Source: the human T2T-CHM13v2.0 reference genome, Homo sapiens. From it: a DNA stretch of 64,000 nucleotides. The notes beneath the pieces are model-generated. The model was not told where the DNA came from and made no database searches. It saw only the letters and a list, made by a program, of their open reading frames with translations. Below, in pieces: positions 14,646 through 29,704 of this stretch (positions are counted from its first letter, which is position 1; each line of letters begins with the position of its first letter). Location: NCBI RefSeq assembly GCF_009914755.1, contig NC_060932.1. One strand, given 5' to 3'. The position numbers and the translations under genes are program-made.

Positions 14646-15659
14646 CAAAAACACAATGGAATGATAAAAATGAAACTGGTCAGGCTGGCGTTCTGAAAAA
14701 CATACAAAGACATTGGACTTAACTGAAAGGCAGATTCCTAAAATATTTCATTACCATGCTTACATTTAAATGTTGAGTGACATTCATGTGAAAGATGAAT
14801 TGGAATTGGACAACAGTAGAAGTATTTTTCTTGTCAAAAATCCCCAATGGCTTTCTTTTTCTTGCCAAATAAGTCTAAATCCCTATCGATATTAAGACCT
14901 GCCATGATTTCCACTTATACCCCCAGTCTAATTTTATTTGCTCTCATTTTCCCAAGAGAGAAAGCCCCTCCCTAAGACTGATTTCCACCTGGTAATTTGG
15001 CTTCTGTTATCTAAAGGATCAGCTTCTCCTGTTTATTATTTTATTTTTTTTAATAAATTCAGAAAGCATTTCTAGATGTTTCCTAAGGCTATTTTCTCCC
15101 ACCCTGGATCTCTTCCGTTGACTGTGATTCATGTTTTGGGCACCTAGCTATGCAAGGTCTTATTTGTGCTTCTGTTGTATGTTTCATATGTCTCACCAGG
15201 ATTGTAAACTTCTTGAGCAGAGAAATCATTGCTTCCTATAAAAAGGGCTTGTTTTAATGCTGAGGATGCTGAGAATTCTCAATAAACATTAATTGATGTA
15301 AACATCAATAACATTGAAAATTCTATCTGAGCACAAACTAATGCAAAACTAGTTTATAAACCTGATCAATGTTTTCATTAGGATTTCTAAAACATTCCTC
15401 ACATTGCTGTTTAATATTTATACATCAATTATTTGTACCTTACAATATTATAGTAGCAGGCTGAATATTAAGTTTTACACTTTCTGTTTCCAGTTTTTAA
15501 AATCGACATATTTTTTACCTTTGGGCAGAAAGAAGTGTTCTGTCTTAAATAGTGATGAAGTTATAGTGGGAGAGGATATTAAGCAGAATAGCAAGTGTCA
15601 CAAAGTTGGTACAATGAAAGCACAATGAGTTCAGAGTTTAAACAACTATGTATTTACTA

Positions 15660-16015
15660 CTTTAGCCCATTTGGGCTGCTATAACAAAGTACTATAGACT
15701 GGGTTGCAGATAAACAATGACAATGTATTTATTACTACAGTTCTGGAAGCTGGGAAGTCCAAGACTAAAGCACTGGCAGATTTGGTGTCTGGTGAGGACC
15801 AGCTTTATAATTCATAGATGGTACCTTTTTGGTTGTGTCCTTACATGATAGAAAAGGCAAGACATTTCTTCTGTAAGGACATTAATCCCATTTATAAAGA
15901 TTTTGCCCTCTGACCTAATCATCTCTAGAAAGCCCTACCTTCTAATCCCATCATCTTGAAGATTAGGTTTTAGATTATTTATTTGGAGGGGATCACAAAC
16001 ATTCAGACCATAGCA
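15660..16015 (-). mobile_element. MLT1A-like MaLR solo LTR
   Basis: ttagcccatttgggctgctataacaaagtac...agttctggaagctgggaagtccaaga...acattcagaccatagca. Confidence 0.85.
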
Positions 16016-16974
16016 AAATTTACAGCTGAAATACTTGTTCTAGGACCCTAAGTTACTTGCTACCTTTAGAATGGAGTACATACTGTGTAATTAACAGACA
16101 TGAACAGTGTTGTTTCTTTTTACCTTTGTGGGGATTGCAGTGCCATATTTAGAGAAGACAGATTTAAGCAGAAAATTATGAAGACTCCTTTTGGAACACT
16201 TAAAAAATTTCCAAAAATACAAGTTGAACCTCTTGAGCATCATTGCTGTTTTCATCTTGCTCTTCAGTCCTCTAGGGTGTACACTAGGAGGAAGTTGTCT
16301 TCTATCATTGCCTTGGAAAGGTAATTAGACATGATAAATTTGTCAGTATTCACAATCCTTTGATTTGGTATTTCAGACTTTTAGTCCTCCTTGAAAAAGA
16401 TTAAGCCATTAATCGCCAATGGTTCCTCATTTATCTGAGAAATAGTGTTCAGAGAAATATCACCTCTGAGGCTGTTTACCTACTGGACATGAAATAGGGC
16501 CTGTAAAAGTGGGGCACATTCACTGACTTGATTACCTTTCCCATGGCCCAATGTAGCAGGGCTTGTAAAAACCACAGGAGACAGCAGATGTCTTCTGATA
16601 TGACCTTTATTGCAGTAGCCTTCAGGTTCCTAAGGAGTTACCACTGGGAGGATTAACAGTATTTTCCCTGCTTATTTGACTTCCTGAGTCACAAATTTCC
16701 TTCAGACCCAGGGGGTGGCTGTTCTTTTAGTAGGGCCTAATTTTTCTTGGTGGAAAGGTTATGCTTTCCTTATAGTATGAATTCTCCCCTATAAGAAGCT
16801 CCCACTATGTGCAGCTCAGAGTAAACTGGGACAATTTAGTTTAACGTTCCTTGTTAAACACATTTCTGTCCTTTAAGTGCTGAGAGTGAGCCCATAATGT
16901 ACTCGGGATTCCTTTCTTACATGCCCATGTTATAGCACAAAGGCAAATACATTTCATAAAATACTGGTTTGTTG

Positions 16975-17583
16975 CAGTTGATTCTTGTTACTTGCAACCA
17001 TTCTGGTCTACAAAGTCATTGGTGATACTAACCATTGCCCTTAAGGAAAATTCAGGGTTAGGTCCCTTGCAGTCACAATGTTCTCATAACTACATAACCT
17101 AGTTTTGTGTGTGTTTCTGTTTTTTTTTTTTAATATATATTGCTGATTTATTAACATTGAACTCACAGCTGGCAACACCATAATTCATGCCTGAATTAAG
17201 TTTATGTAATGCATGTACTTTCTCCATAAGGCACATCACGGTCTTCTTGTGCTGAGGAACACTAGGTAGGACTTCAGCACTATGCTAGGGCCATTTTTAC
17301 ACGGTGAAATCACCAGCAAAAAGCACAAAAAATGCAAAAAAACTGGCAGCAAATAGATCTTGAAAAGGACACTTGTTTATGAGAGCTGAAGAAGAAGGCA
17401 CAATGTTGTTTTTTTCAGCTTCAGCTGGGGTCCTGTGCATTGGGCAATTCAAGGTCTTTCCCTTCTACCTATATCCACAAATCACTGTGAAAACACCTTG
17501 TGTATTGATTATGGGGCTACAAATAAATTTTAGAAAGTAGGTGAATTCATGAATACAGAATCTGAAAATAATGAGGACAACTG
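16975..17583. mobile_element. MER82 (TcMar-Tigger non-autonomous element)
   Basis: TIRs cagttgattcttgttacttgc / gaaaataatgaggacaactg followed by TA; internal ttaacattgaactcacagc. Confidence 0.85.
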
Positions 17584-18990
17584 TATATCACTGGCCCCAT
17601 GTTTGATTTTAAATTTATAGCACTCTACATCTTTTGAATGATTTGGAAATACATGTTTTTCGAATTGCTCAACCCTGAAACAGATCAACCAGATCAACCA
17701 GTGGGTGTGTCCCATCTAGTTTTTATGCCCTTCCATCCACATTTTACAGGTAGATTTATGTCTACAAATGAGTCTTGCCTTATGCTGGACCCTCAAAGCA
17801 TCCCACAATCCACCTCTGTGTAACTGTGTTTTATTGGAATGTGATTCAATGAACTCATTATAAAATGGAAAACGAATTCCTCATCCCATTTTTGACCTTT
17901 TTGCCCACTATCTATGTGGACTTTGGTCAATTGTAATCACAAGAGCTATCTGCTATCAATATTTAAATGTCCATGCCATTGATATCATCAACTTTCTGAA
18001 CATTCTGAGTTAATGTCAGCTTTCGGAAGAGTGACCGAAGGGCAGGGAAGGTTGACATTCACGGCTTCTTTTTGCTTTGATTTTCTAGCTCTTTTGCCTC
18101 TTCTCTCTCACCCAATAGCTAAGGTTCTTCCCCTCTTGGGGTCCAGAAGGAGAGTGGATTAAGAGAAAAGGCAGCCTTGGGCTGGTAGGATCTAGTGACC
18201 TGGACTTGTCCTCTGGTTATGGTGACTTCCTATGTTACTTGTTTTCTTCTAGGGCTTCTGTGGGTTTCTCAGATATTTCCCTACTGGAAACCTCCATGCA
18301 CAGTTACAATAATGTGAGCAATGCATCTACTAGCTGCAGTTGTTGCTTTTAAACTTCAGTCAGATTTTCCTACCTTGCCCATCCATTCCAGATAGTTCTC
18401 TTGGCTCCTGGCTGATTTTTTCCTGAAAGAACACCCACTCTGTGGTATTTAAAAAAAAAAAAAAAGTCTTTTATTTCAAAGGGCAGTACTTCCCAAAGTA
18501 GTTTAATCTCTTTCCTTCTGCCCTTCCCCCGGTTGAGATCCCACCATTTTGCCTTTAGATTTCTTAAGCACATAGCAGACACTAATCCCTTATTTCCTCA
18601 AACTTCAGAGGATACATATAAAACTCTAAAGTTTATCTTTTGAATTCCTTTTCACTTGGCTTGAGATAAAATTGGATATTTCTTTCCTTTTTCTGCAGTG
18701 GGGAGAAAGCTGAAAATAGTTCAGTGATGCTCTTCAAAGCATCAGTGTTATTCCTTTATTAATTATAGATGGACATTGGCCCATGGGGCAGAACCAGGGG
18801 CACAGTTGCTTAGCGTGTTGCGCCCACATATTCTGCAACATTGCAAAGCATTATTTTGCTGGCCTTAGACTGAATTTTATCAATATTATTTTTTATTTTT
18901 TTTCCTAGGAAAAGGTCATGGGTTCTGTATTTATCAGATATTCTTTAAGTTCTTAATTTTTGGTTTTCCATAAGTAAAGTAATAAGGCAT

Positions 18991-19357
18991 TGATATGGTT
19001 CGGCTCTGTGTCCCCATCCAAATCTTGTCTTGAATTGTAATCCTAATAATCACCATATGCTGAGAGAGGGACCCAGGTGGGAGGTGATTGGATCATGGGG
19101 GCATTTTTCCCCATGATGTTCTCATGATAGTGAGTTCTTAGGAGATCTGATGGTTTTTTAAGGCAATTTTCCCTGTTCTTGTACACTCTCTGTAGGCTGT
19201 CACCATGTAAGATGTGCCTCTTCCCCTTCTGCCATGATTATGTTACTTGAGGCCTCCCCAGCCATGTGGGACTGTGAATTAATTAAACCTATTTTCTTTA
19301 TAAATTACCTAGTCTTGGATGTTACTTTATAGCAGTGTGAGAACAGACTCTAATACA
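18991..19357 (+). mobile_element. MSTA/THE1D-type solo LTR
   Basis: tgatatggttcggctctgtgtcccc...taataca; TSD-like ggcat/agtat. Confidence 0.9.
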
Positions 19358-19362
19358 AGTAT

Positions 19363-19553
19363 GGTCTCTGGAACCAGATAGCCTACATGCAAATGAGACT
19401 TAGAGCAAATTATATAATCTCATTTTACCTTAGTTTTCTCATATGTAGTTAAGTGAATAACAGAACCTTGCTTATATTATTGTTGTGAAGATAACACTAA
19501 AAAAAGCACTTAGAACAGGTTTGGCCCATGATAACATTAAATGTTAGATATTA
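19363..19553 (+). mobile_element. MIR
   Basis: MIR core-like ccttagttttctcatatgta...ttgttgtgaagataa...aagcacttagaacag. Confidence 0.75.
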
Positions 19554-19559
19554 TGCCTG

Positions 19560-20300
19560 GGAATATATTCTGGTTGTTTGCATAATTGAATAGCATCTTA
19601 GCTAGATCTAAGTTAATTATTGGATCTCACTTTCATTCTTTTAGAACTTTTTAATGTTGTTCCATCATCTTATGGCATTTATTGTTACATTACAGATTTG
19701 ATGTCACCCTAGCTATTTCTCTCCTTTGTAGGTAATTTGCTTTTGCTACCTATATATTTGAAGAATTTTTTTCTTTGAAGTTTATCCATATAAGTAGACT
19801 AGGTCTCAATATTGAGCATTATAAATCAAATTTTCCTGCTACCTGCTGTTTTTTATCTATTGTTTTCAATCTTCATAATTAACCCTTCACTTTAGAAACA
19901 TTTTTCTACATTTTATCTTTGAATATTTTTCCTCTTCCATTTATTGAATTCTCCCATTGTGAACAAACAATTATCATTATATTGGACAGTCCTTGCTTTC
20001 TATTATTCTCTATCTTATGTCTTCATTCTTTTTTTCTTAAGCCTTTCATGTGTCATTATTCATTTTTTACTTATGTCTGTTCTGTTATTGCTTTTATTTT
20101 ATTTACATAGAGATGCTGATTAGGTGATTAATTTGTTTTCTTAGGTCTGCAGTGTCTCCATCTCATTCTCTTTTTTATGGAATCTGGTGTCTTAGGTTGT
20201 ATTATAGTGTAAGTTAATAAGTAGGACTCTTCTCCAGTTTTTTGTGTTATATTTTCTTCCTGGTTGAATTATTCATATTTATTTAAGTTTTGCTTTATTT
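19560..20300 (-). mobile_element. Very old L1M fragment
   Basis: T-rich, L1 ORF1-region-like text (tttgatgtcaccc...cctttgtaggtaatttgc; ttatctttgaatatttt). Confidence 0.5.
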
Positions 20301-21009
20301 TTTGGAAGAGGATATGTGCCTCTACACTCTCTAGATAAGTTACTGTTTCTTTTCCTTTTGACCATGTATGTGCATATCAGATAAAGTAGTGTATTTGTGC
20401 TCTAATGGAGCCTATGTGACTTTTTGGTCTTTTTACGCTGTATTTGAGGCCAGCTGTTCTTTCTAATGAGCTAAAGTTGAATGAGCTAAACTTCAGCTAA
20501 TGAGCTAAAGTTGAATATGTGTTTATTTAATTAATTCAATCATTCATTTCTGTAATCACTCATTTTTTCACTTTTTCAATAGCCTGGGATCATGCATAAT
20601 TAAGGATGAACTCAGCAGAGGGAATGCTCAGTTTTTTTCTTTGAATATTTCAAAGTGTTTTACCTTCTGAGATTCTTTATTAATGTCTTTAACTGGGGTT
20701 CATTTCAATTCAGTTGGGAAGATATTTCCCATTGTGACATATCACAGATTTTTTCCCTCTCTGTGTGTTTCAATCTAATGAGTATCAATGAAGTGTTCAC
20801 TACTTTAGGAAGTCACCTTTGTCTTTCACTTCTCTGTTTAAACTTATTGTTCTCAGTAGTGTTTTCAAAATGTTCTTTCTTTCATTTTTTCATTTGTTGA
20901 TACCACTCTTGGAGGCTGAAGTCAGAGGTAGGAACCTCCTAAATGTGCCATTGTACTTTTCTATAGAAATGTTATTTACTTTAATGGAAATTCACATACA
21001 AATGGTTTA

Positions 21010-21850
21010 GGCTCCAAGTCCTTGCCTCTTTTCTCTCATACCTTATATCTAATCTAATAGGAATCCCAGCTGGGAAGACCTTCAAAACAGTGTGTCCAGA
21101 ATCTAATCCAATCACTTCTTTTTACCTCCACTGACAAAAATTTGGGCAGGGTCACCAGCATCTCTCTCATACTTCATTTTCATAGGCTTCTAATTGGTCC
21201 TGGCTTTTATCCTTTATCCCCTATAGATTGTTCTTCGCATAGTGGCCAGGGTGGTTTTTTACAACAATTAATCAGATTATATCTGTCTTCTGTTCCAAAG
21301 CCTAGGAGAGTAAAAGCCAGAGTCCTTTCGATATCCCACAGTGTGGTACATGTTTTTCCCTCCCACATGACTTCACACGTAATACTCTGGCAATAACCCA
21401 GCCCTTCATTCTATTCCAGGCATGTGGTCTTCTTGCTGTTTCTCAAAAATGCAAAATGTACCATCTCCTTTGCACTTACTCTTACTCATGCTGAAACCTT
21501 TTTTTTTTTTTCAAATATCCCATGCTAAGTTCTCATTCAAGGTTTTAATCAAACATCATATGTTCAGTAAGGCCTATTCTTGTCAGTTGACTTAAACTTT
21601 CAACCTGTTCTCCCAACTCTGCCTTCTTCATCCCTCTTACCCTTATTTTTTTCTTTTTCCTTATCACTTATTACTAACATACTTATGTAATTTATTTGAT
21701 TATGTTTCTTGTTTATCTGTCTCCTCTTTCTAAAATGTAAATTCTGTGAGCTCAAGTCTCTATGTCTTTCTTGTTGACTGTGGTATTCCAGGTGACTAGA
21801 AAAGTTTCTGGCATGTATTATGTTTGTAAAAAAATATTTATTGACTATTT
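21010..21850 (+). mobile_element. L2 3' end
   Basis: tccagaatctaatcc...; aaaatgtaaattctgtgag...tctggcatgta...aaatatttattga terminus. Confidence 0.8.
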
Positions 21851-23044
21851 TAGGTAATTAGTCATTTCTTCCCTAGAAAAGATGATAAGAAAATTATACT
21901 CGAACACCTTTTCCCTTGAAGCAATGACCACCAGTTCATGTCCATGAAACTTGGCAGAGGGCACAGTTCTCTTTCTCTTATTTTCATTTTGGAAGAAGTC
22001 CAGATCTGTTGGAATGCTTGAAAATAAAAGGAATACTTTTACAGCAGAGATCTGAAAAACAATATTAAAAATCTCATTGGTTAATATTATCTTTTGTAGA
22101 TATGAAGGGATATATTTAAAACATTTTGTGATTGTTCCATGTTGTATGGTTCTTGGTATTTTAAAATATTTGTCTCACAGGTTTTAAAAATGAATGATAA
22201 TAAATTGATTAAAAGGACAGAATGATTCCTGATTTTGCAATATCCTAAAATACCTAGATTATTAGAATATGTGATTACTTGTTATTTCATCATGATGATA
22301 ATAAAAGGGAGGCAGGGGAGCATGGAAGGAACAGTTTAAGACTTGGGTAGGTCTTAGCAAAAAATGTCATCTGCTACTTAATCACTATATGTGTTACCCT
22401 TGGCATGTTACTTAAATATTGTGAATTTTGTCAGTCCTTCTTTGTCAAGTAGGAGATAACAAAACTTTATCAGTCAAATAGAAAAGCAGAAACCACTTTA
22501 TCAAGAAAAGATAAATCCCTTTATTTTATTTTATTTTTTTTAAAGAGGGCGTTTAACCTAGGGCATTGAGAACACAGGTACTAGAGGATATGAGAAGCCA
22601 AATAACAAAAAGTTAGCCAACCCAAAAATTACAACAAGAAGGACAAAGGGAGAAGGAGGAAATAGCAGTCTGTGAACTAGGGTCACCTGCTGGCTGTGGT
22701 AACAGTGGGCTGGATCACATGGGACAAATGTCAACTGGGAGACTAACCACTGCAGGAGATTGTACCTAAGGAAAAGTGTGGGCAGAAATACTCTGGATTC
22801 TCCTTTCTCTTGTACTCTAGTCTCCTACCAGGACCTTTGAAAATCCAGTCCTCACCAGAAGTCTGCTGACAGCAAGAACCATAGGGAAAGAACAAGGAAT
22901 GAATCTAGTAACACACAGGTCAAGAATCAGCAAAAAAACCTTCAGAATTAAACGTGACATACCGTATATATATATGAAGTGTATTACTGTGCTTTTCACA
23001 TAGTGAATATCAATGAACTATTGGTGCAATGATTTATAAATTGC

Positions 23045-23214
23045 TGGAGACCGCATAATTTATAAACAAAAGAGGTTTAATTGGCTCATAGTTCTGCACA
23101 GAAAACAGAGTGCCAGCATCTGCTCAGCTTCTGGGGAGGCCTCAGGAAGCTTTCATTCATGGGAGAAGGTGAAGTGGGAGCAGGCACTTCTCATGGTGAA
23201 GGCAGGAGTAAGAT
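23045..23214 (-). mobile_element. MST LTR internal fragment lacking both termini
   Basis: taatttataaacaaaagaggtttaattggctcatagttctgc...ggggaggcctcaggaagc. Confidence 0.85.
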
Positions 23215-24012
23215 GCACTCAAAGTTATAGTTTGTTGATCCCCTACTATATGAAAACCACAGTAATGTGCATTGTCTTTTCCTTTGTGTTTGCATGGATC
23301 AATTTTAAACACAATTTTAACCTTTAAAAACGTGTAACTTATTTGTAAAATTTCTCATATGTGTAAATATAAACATTTTATATTACTCATTATTGCACTC
23401 ACACCCTTACTTTGTCCTAGTCAATTCTATTTTTGCAAATTAGTATTTATCTAAAAAAAAAAAACCCTGTAATTTTACTCTGAAATCACAGAGCACAAAA
23501 ATCTAAGTGCTTATTTTACCAAATATAATTAAAGACAATACTGAGAATCAATCCATATACTCTACCAACACAAGCACAGGATAGATACGCTATCTAGGAG
23601 TTGTTTCTGGCAGAAAAATATCATATGCTACAGGAAGGGGTAAGAAGGAACCTAAAACTAGGTTTTAGGTTTTAATTCGAACAATATAATGAATTGTCTT
23701 ACATGTTATTTAAGCAAGGGTGCTCTTTGTAATTCATACCACTCTCAAGACTGAGCCTTTTGAAATTCAAACCATTCATTGTTGAACTTTGATACTTTAA
23801 AATACCACTGAAGTTAAAAAAATGGGTGGTGATAAAATAAAAATCTGTTTCATTTGGGCAGGCATCACAAAAATTGTCTTGGATAATTCAAACCCAAGAC
23901 ACATTCCAAAATGCAATAGTTTGCTGCATGATTTAATTCATGTAATATAAGATACTTGAAGATTTTTTTTTTTTTAATCGTTAAGTCTTAAATATTGAAA
24001 AAGAAAGTCTCA

Positions 24013-24299
<287 letters not shown>

Positions 24300-24536
24300 T
24301 CACCAAATCTATATTTTGTGATAAGGAGAAGCAAAATTTGAAATAATTTAACTTAATATTTCTCCTAGTTAAAACACAGTAGAAGTCATGGTTGATAGTG
24401 TATTGACTGCTGTCACTCACATCAGAAATGAAACATTAATTCCATAATTCGTATCCATGTTTTTGCACTTCTGCTTGCCTATTTATTAAGAAATATATAT
24501 ATTTCTTTTGACCTAGGAATTCAGTAGGATTATCAT

Positions 24537-24993
24537 GTGAAAAATTGTGCCAGACATGTTAAACAGGCAAGGAAGACTTTATTAAAGATTATTGCAACAA
24601 AGGAAAGAAATTGAACTCAAGTCTATTGAAACAAAAAGTAGGAGAGTTTTTAAGTTCTGAGGTGAGCTACTGGAAAAGGACTAAAGGTCATTAGGGATGA
24701 GGGCCTGTGTGATTACGCTATCTGTGTTTGCTAATTGGTGCTTATGGAAGAGCCTGGGAGATGGGGTGCTCTATCTTTCCTGATGAATGTAATTCAAAGG
24801 GATCACTCCCAGGTGTTTGAAAAATACATTTCTGGGTTGTAAAACTGAAAGAGGCTGGGAGAAGATTTGTATCTCAGGGGGCAGAGAAAGAATTTATGGT
24901 TGCAAGTTTTCTAGAGTAAATGCTCTAAGAAAAGGGAGGAAACATGTCTAAAATTCAGTCATGCTGAGGAACATTGAGGCCATCTTGGTCAAC
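24537..24993 (-). mobile_element. ERV solo LTR (family not resolved)
   Basis: tg...ca termini; reverse polyA signal tttatta followed by ttgcaacaaaggaaagaaattgaactcaa; LTR-like ccatcttgg near the U3 end. Confidence 0.65.
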
Positions 24994-25289
24994 AGATTCT
25001 ACAGGCACCATTTTGGAGTTGAGATGTACATTAAAGGAAAGATGGAGCAAGCATCTCTTTTCCCTAAATTCTGCTGGTTTCTGATTGACCATTTTTACTT
25101 TTTCACTCTAAATCGGGGGAAAAAAGTGTCCTCCTCTCCTAAGGTCTCTCTCTTCTCTGTCCCTTCAGCCCTTACTTTAGTTCTAGGTGACCTTTATGGA
25201 AGGTGATAATATTTCCAAAACAGAAGGCATCACTTGCCCCAATTTCCTATAATTATAACAAGTATAAAATAAATTAACCAAGAAAAGGA

Positions 25290-25664
25290 TGTATTAGGCC
25301 ATTTTTGCATTACTATAAAGAAGTACCTGAGACTGGGTAATTTATAAAGAAAAGAGGTTTAATTGGCTTATAGTTCTGCAGGCTATACAGGAAACATAGT
25401 GCCAGCATCTGCTCAGCTTTTGGGGAGGCCTCATGAAGCTTTTATTTATGAAGGAAGGTGAAGTGGGAGTAGGCACTCCTCATGGTTAAAGCAGGAGTGA
25501 GAGAGTAGGGGGTAAGAGAGGTAGGTGCCACACACTTTAAAGACCAGATCTCACAAGAACTCACCAGGTATCATGAAGCAGCACCATACCAGGCCTCACT
25601 TCCGGCATTAGAGATTACAATTCAACATGAGATCTGGGCAGGGACAGATACTCAAACCATATCA
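25290..25664 (-). mobile_element. MSTA/B solo LTR
   Basis: tgtattaggccatttttgcattactataaagaagtacctgagactggg...caaaccatatca. Confidence 0.9.
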
Positions 25665-25787
25665 GATGACAACTCCTCCTCTTTAATCTCCTCCTCTTCC
25701 TGCCTTGAATGTTTCTCTCCATAATGTAAGTTAATATTTATCTAAGGTAAGATAAAGCTATTTAAACATTATGACTTTCTTATGTTA

Positions 25788-26133
<346 letters not shown>

Positions 26134-28160
26134 TTATTACTGATTTTCCTAAATGTATTTTCCCCATTTATTTTCACCTTTTCATACTGTAGAGAATGCC
26201 AAAATATTAATCTCATTGGAGATTTGATCCTCAACAAACTATAAGATATTTACAGTACTTAAAAAATCCATAAGCTCTTATTTTTATTTTTTTTAACTTG
26301 TGCATACCTTTGTATTATGTGATCCATTTTCCATTGGTTTATATTTTATCTTTCAGATGTAAAAAGTATATTTTGAGCCCTCAGTGCTATGTTTTAGCAG
26401 CTGAAGTATGAACTTTGCCCTTTTTGAACTGGTAATTCTATTTTTTTTCCCACTAAGATAAGTTTTCTTTGTTTCTTTCCTATGTTACTGATGGTATTTC
26501 ATCACCTGAATAAATGCTTCCCATCTTGATTTTAATTTTCTTTCAGCAGATGAAATTAAGTCACTTACTATACTTCAGTGGAATTAGAACACTTTTATTA
26601 CAGACAAATGTATTTTAGATAACATTCTTAAAGTTTTCCTTAAAAATTTACAAAAGAATGTTTAGATTTCTGTTGAGATGTTTGTCATACATTAATATTT
26701 GTTTTTACTAAATTTACTATGTATTTATTAAATTTTCAAACATCTAGATAAGAAGTTGAGCAGATTGATTTACTGTTTTTTGTCCTTTATAGGACATTGC
26801 TCACAAGATCATTAAATGACTCCAAAAACGTAATTCATGTATGGGTAATTATAAGTGATACTTGAGGTGAGGGATAAAAAAAGAACTAGTCCTAACAAAT
26901 TAATATTTTTGTCTGCATGCTCATATTGTTTTCATACGGATTTTAAAATTACTCTGGTTTGACATTTTACATTGAAGTTTTGGAATTTTATCTATACTGA
27001 CTACTTCTATGAAATTGAGATATTTCTCTTACCAAATACTGGTTTGCAATGTATATCATTAATTTATTGTTTTTTCCAGTGCCAATTCAGGGCTAATATA
27101 ATGGGTGGCTATTAAGTCCTACATGTGTTCTGAGGTTCTCTCAGTTGTTTTTAACGTAATCTTTATCTGAATCTATTTACATTAGTTTCTAAGCATATGC
27201 TTTAGTGTTCTGTAAGTTTTATGGGTTCTTTGTTACATGCTTAATTTAGTTTTAGAAGCACTAAATATGGGAATCTGGAAGTGAATATCACAGTACTGAT
27301 TTTCTCAGATGTTTTACACAGTAATTACTCTTCTTAACTATAACCTTTGCATTTTTTGGCCGGGGTGGGTCTTAGAAGTCCTTTCTGCAGAATTTATCCA
27401 GTAAAAGTTAGTTTTTGGATAGCCTGGGGTTTACTTTTAATGCATGTCTGAATGCTCAGTTTTGATAAGTCAAATATATCCTTGCATCTAAGTCCCTGCT
27501 GAGTGAAAGGTTTTGCTACAGCTAAAAGTCTGAGAAGAAAAGCAGAAATCATCAGGGAGTTAGCTTGATGCATGAAAGACCCACAGGAAACAAAACTGAG
27601 TTGATGTTACCAATAGGAGCAATTAAGAAAGAATGGTTTTGTGCCAGAATGTTCCTGTAAGCTTATTTGAGGAATCACTATTTCTTTCTTTTACCAAACA
27701 ACCTTTGTTCATCTTCCTTATAAATAAAACATTCTATTCATATTGCTAAAAAAAGTAGTTTGCTTGGGTACAAAAAAGGAGTTTTTTGCTCACATTTTGA
27801 ATAAACTTAGATACTTTCTTATTCAGTCTGATAATCTTTGTCTTTTCATTGTGACATTTATTCAGTTTATTATTTAATATAATTATAATTTGGGTTGAAA
27901 TTTTTCATATAACTATTGGTTTTTTATTTGAACTACCATTATTGTTCTTTTTTACTTTACCATTTTCTTGGTTTCTTTCCTGATCATTTTCTGGCGAGCT
28001 ACATATTTTTTTATTTCCCCAGAAATTACTAAATATCTCTTTAATTTACTAGAGTCTATGATAAATTAGTGCCTTTATACTTCTAGAAAATTATAATAAG
28101 CTTAAAATAGTTTAATGCCTTTCAATTCTCTTTGCCTTCTGCTCTTTTTCTGCCATTTAA

Positions 28161-28511
<351 letters not shown>

Positions 28512-29376
28512 CCCCAAAACATTATTACTATTGTTTTATACAGTTACTATTCATTTAAATTCACCCATACATTTACCCTTTCTTGTACTCTTCATTTCCT
28601 CCTGCATTTCTATGACTTAATATGAGGTCAGTTTTCTTCTGCCGGAAGAACTTTTAGTATTTCTTTATAGCTCACATCTTCTGGTGACAAATTCTCTTGG
28701 CTTTTGTTTATCTTAAGCATCTTCATTTTATCTTTATTTCTAGAGGATATAAGAGAATTCTAAGATGCAATAATTTTGTTAAGTTCTTTAAAGATGTCAG
28801 CCTACCATCTTCAGGTGGCCTTTGCTGCTGCTTCTCTTTCTTCTCTTCCTCCTGTTCCTCATCCTTCTTTTGTCTTCTTTTTTTGAAATGTCACCTAATA
28901 GTTTTATTTGGCTGTTTGAAGGGAATATCCTCTCCTACCTCTGTGGCTACTTTTAGGTTTTTCTCCTTATCTTTAATTTTTGGAATTATTTTTTTCCCAA
29001 AATTTGTTGTTTCTTGATCCTTCAAGTTAATAAAATTCAATGAAGTTACAGCTTGTGGTCTTTCATTAGTTTTGGGGAAGAAAACCAGACATAGGCTTCT
29101 CAAATATTCTTCCTACCTTTTTCCCCCCACTTCCCTTGGTACTTCAAATGCATGTGTTAGATGTATAGACAATGGTTCATGTGTTCCTGACACGATTTTT
29201 TTTTCTTATTCTTTCATCTCTCCAAGCTTCAGTCTGACATTGGTCTGTCTTCCAATTTTCTAATGCTTTGTTTTATATCTAATATGTGGTTAAATCCATC
29301 TACTAGGTTCTTTTTTTCTGTGCTTGTATTTTTATTTCTAGATTTTATATTTTACTCTTTAAAAAAATGAACTCCA

Positions 29377-29704
<328 letters not shown>

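Noticed and set aside
14238-14696. 152-aa ORF
   Set aside because: It runs through MER58A and a (GT)n(GA)n microsatellite and has a non-ATG start; a chance frame
17682-17700. cagatcaac x2 micro-duplication
   Set aside because: A 9-bp slippage event, too common to be informative
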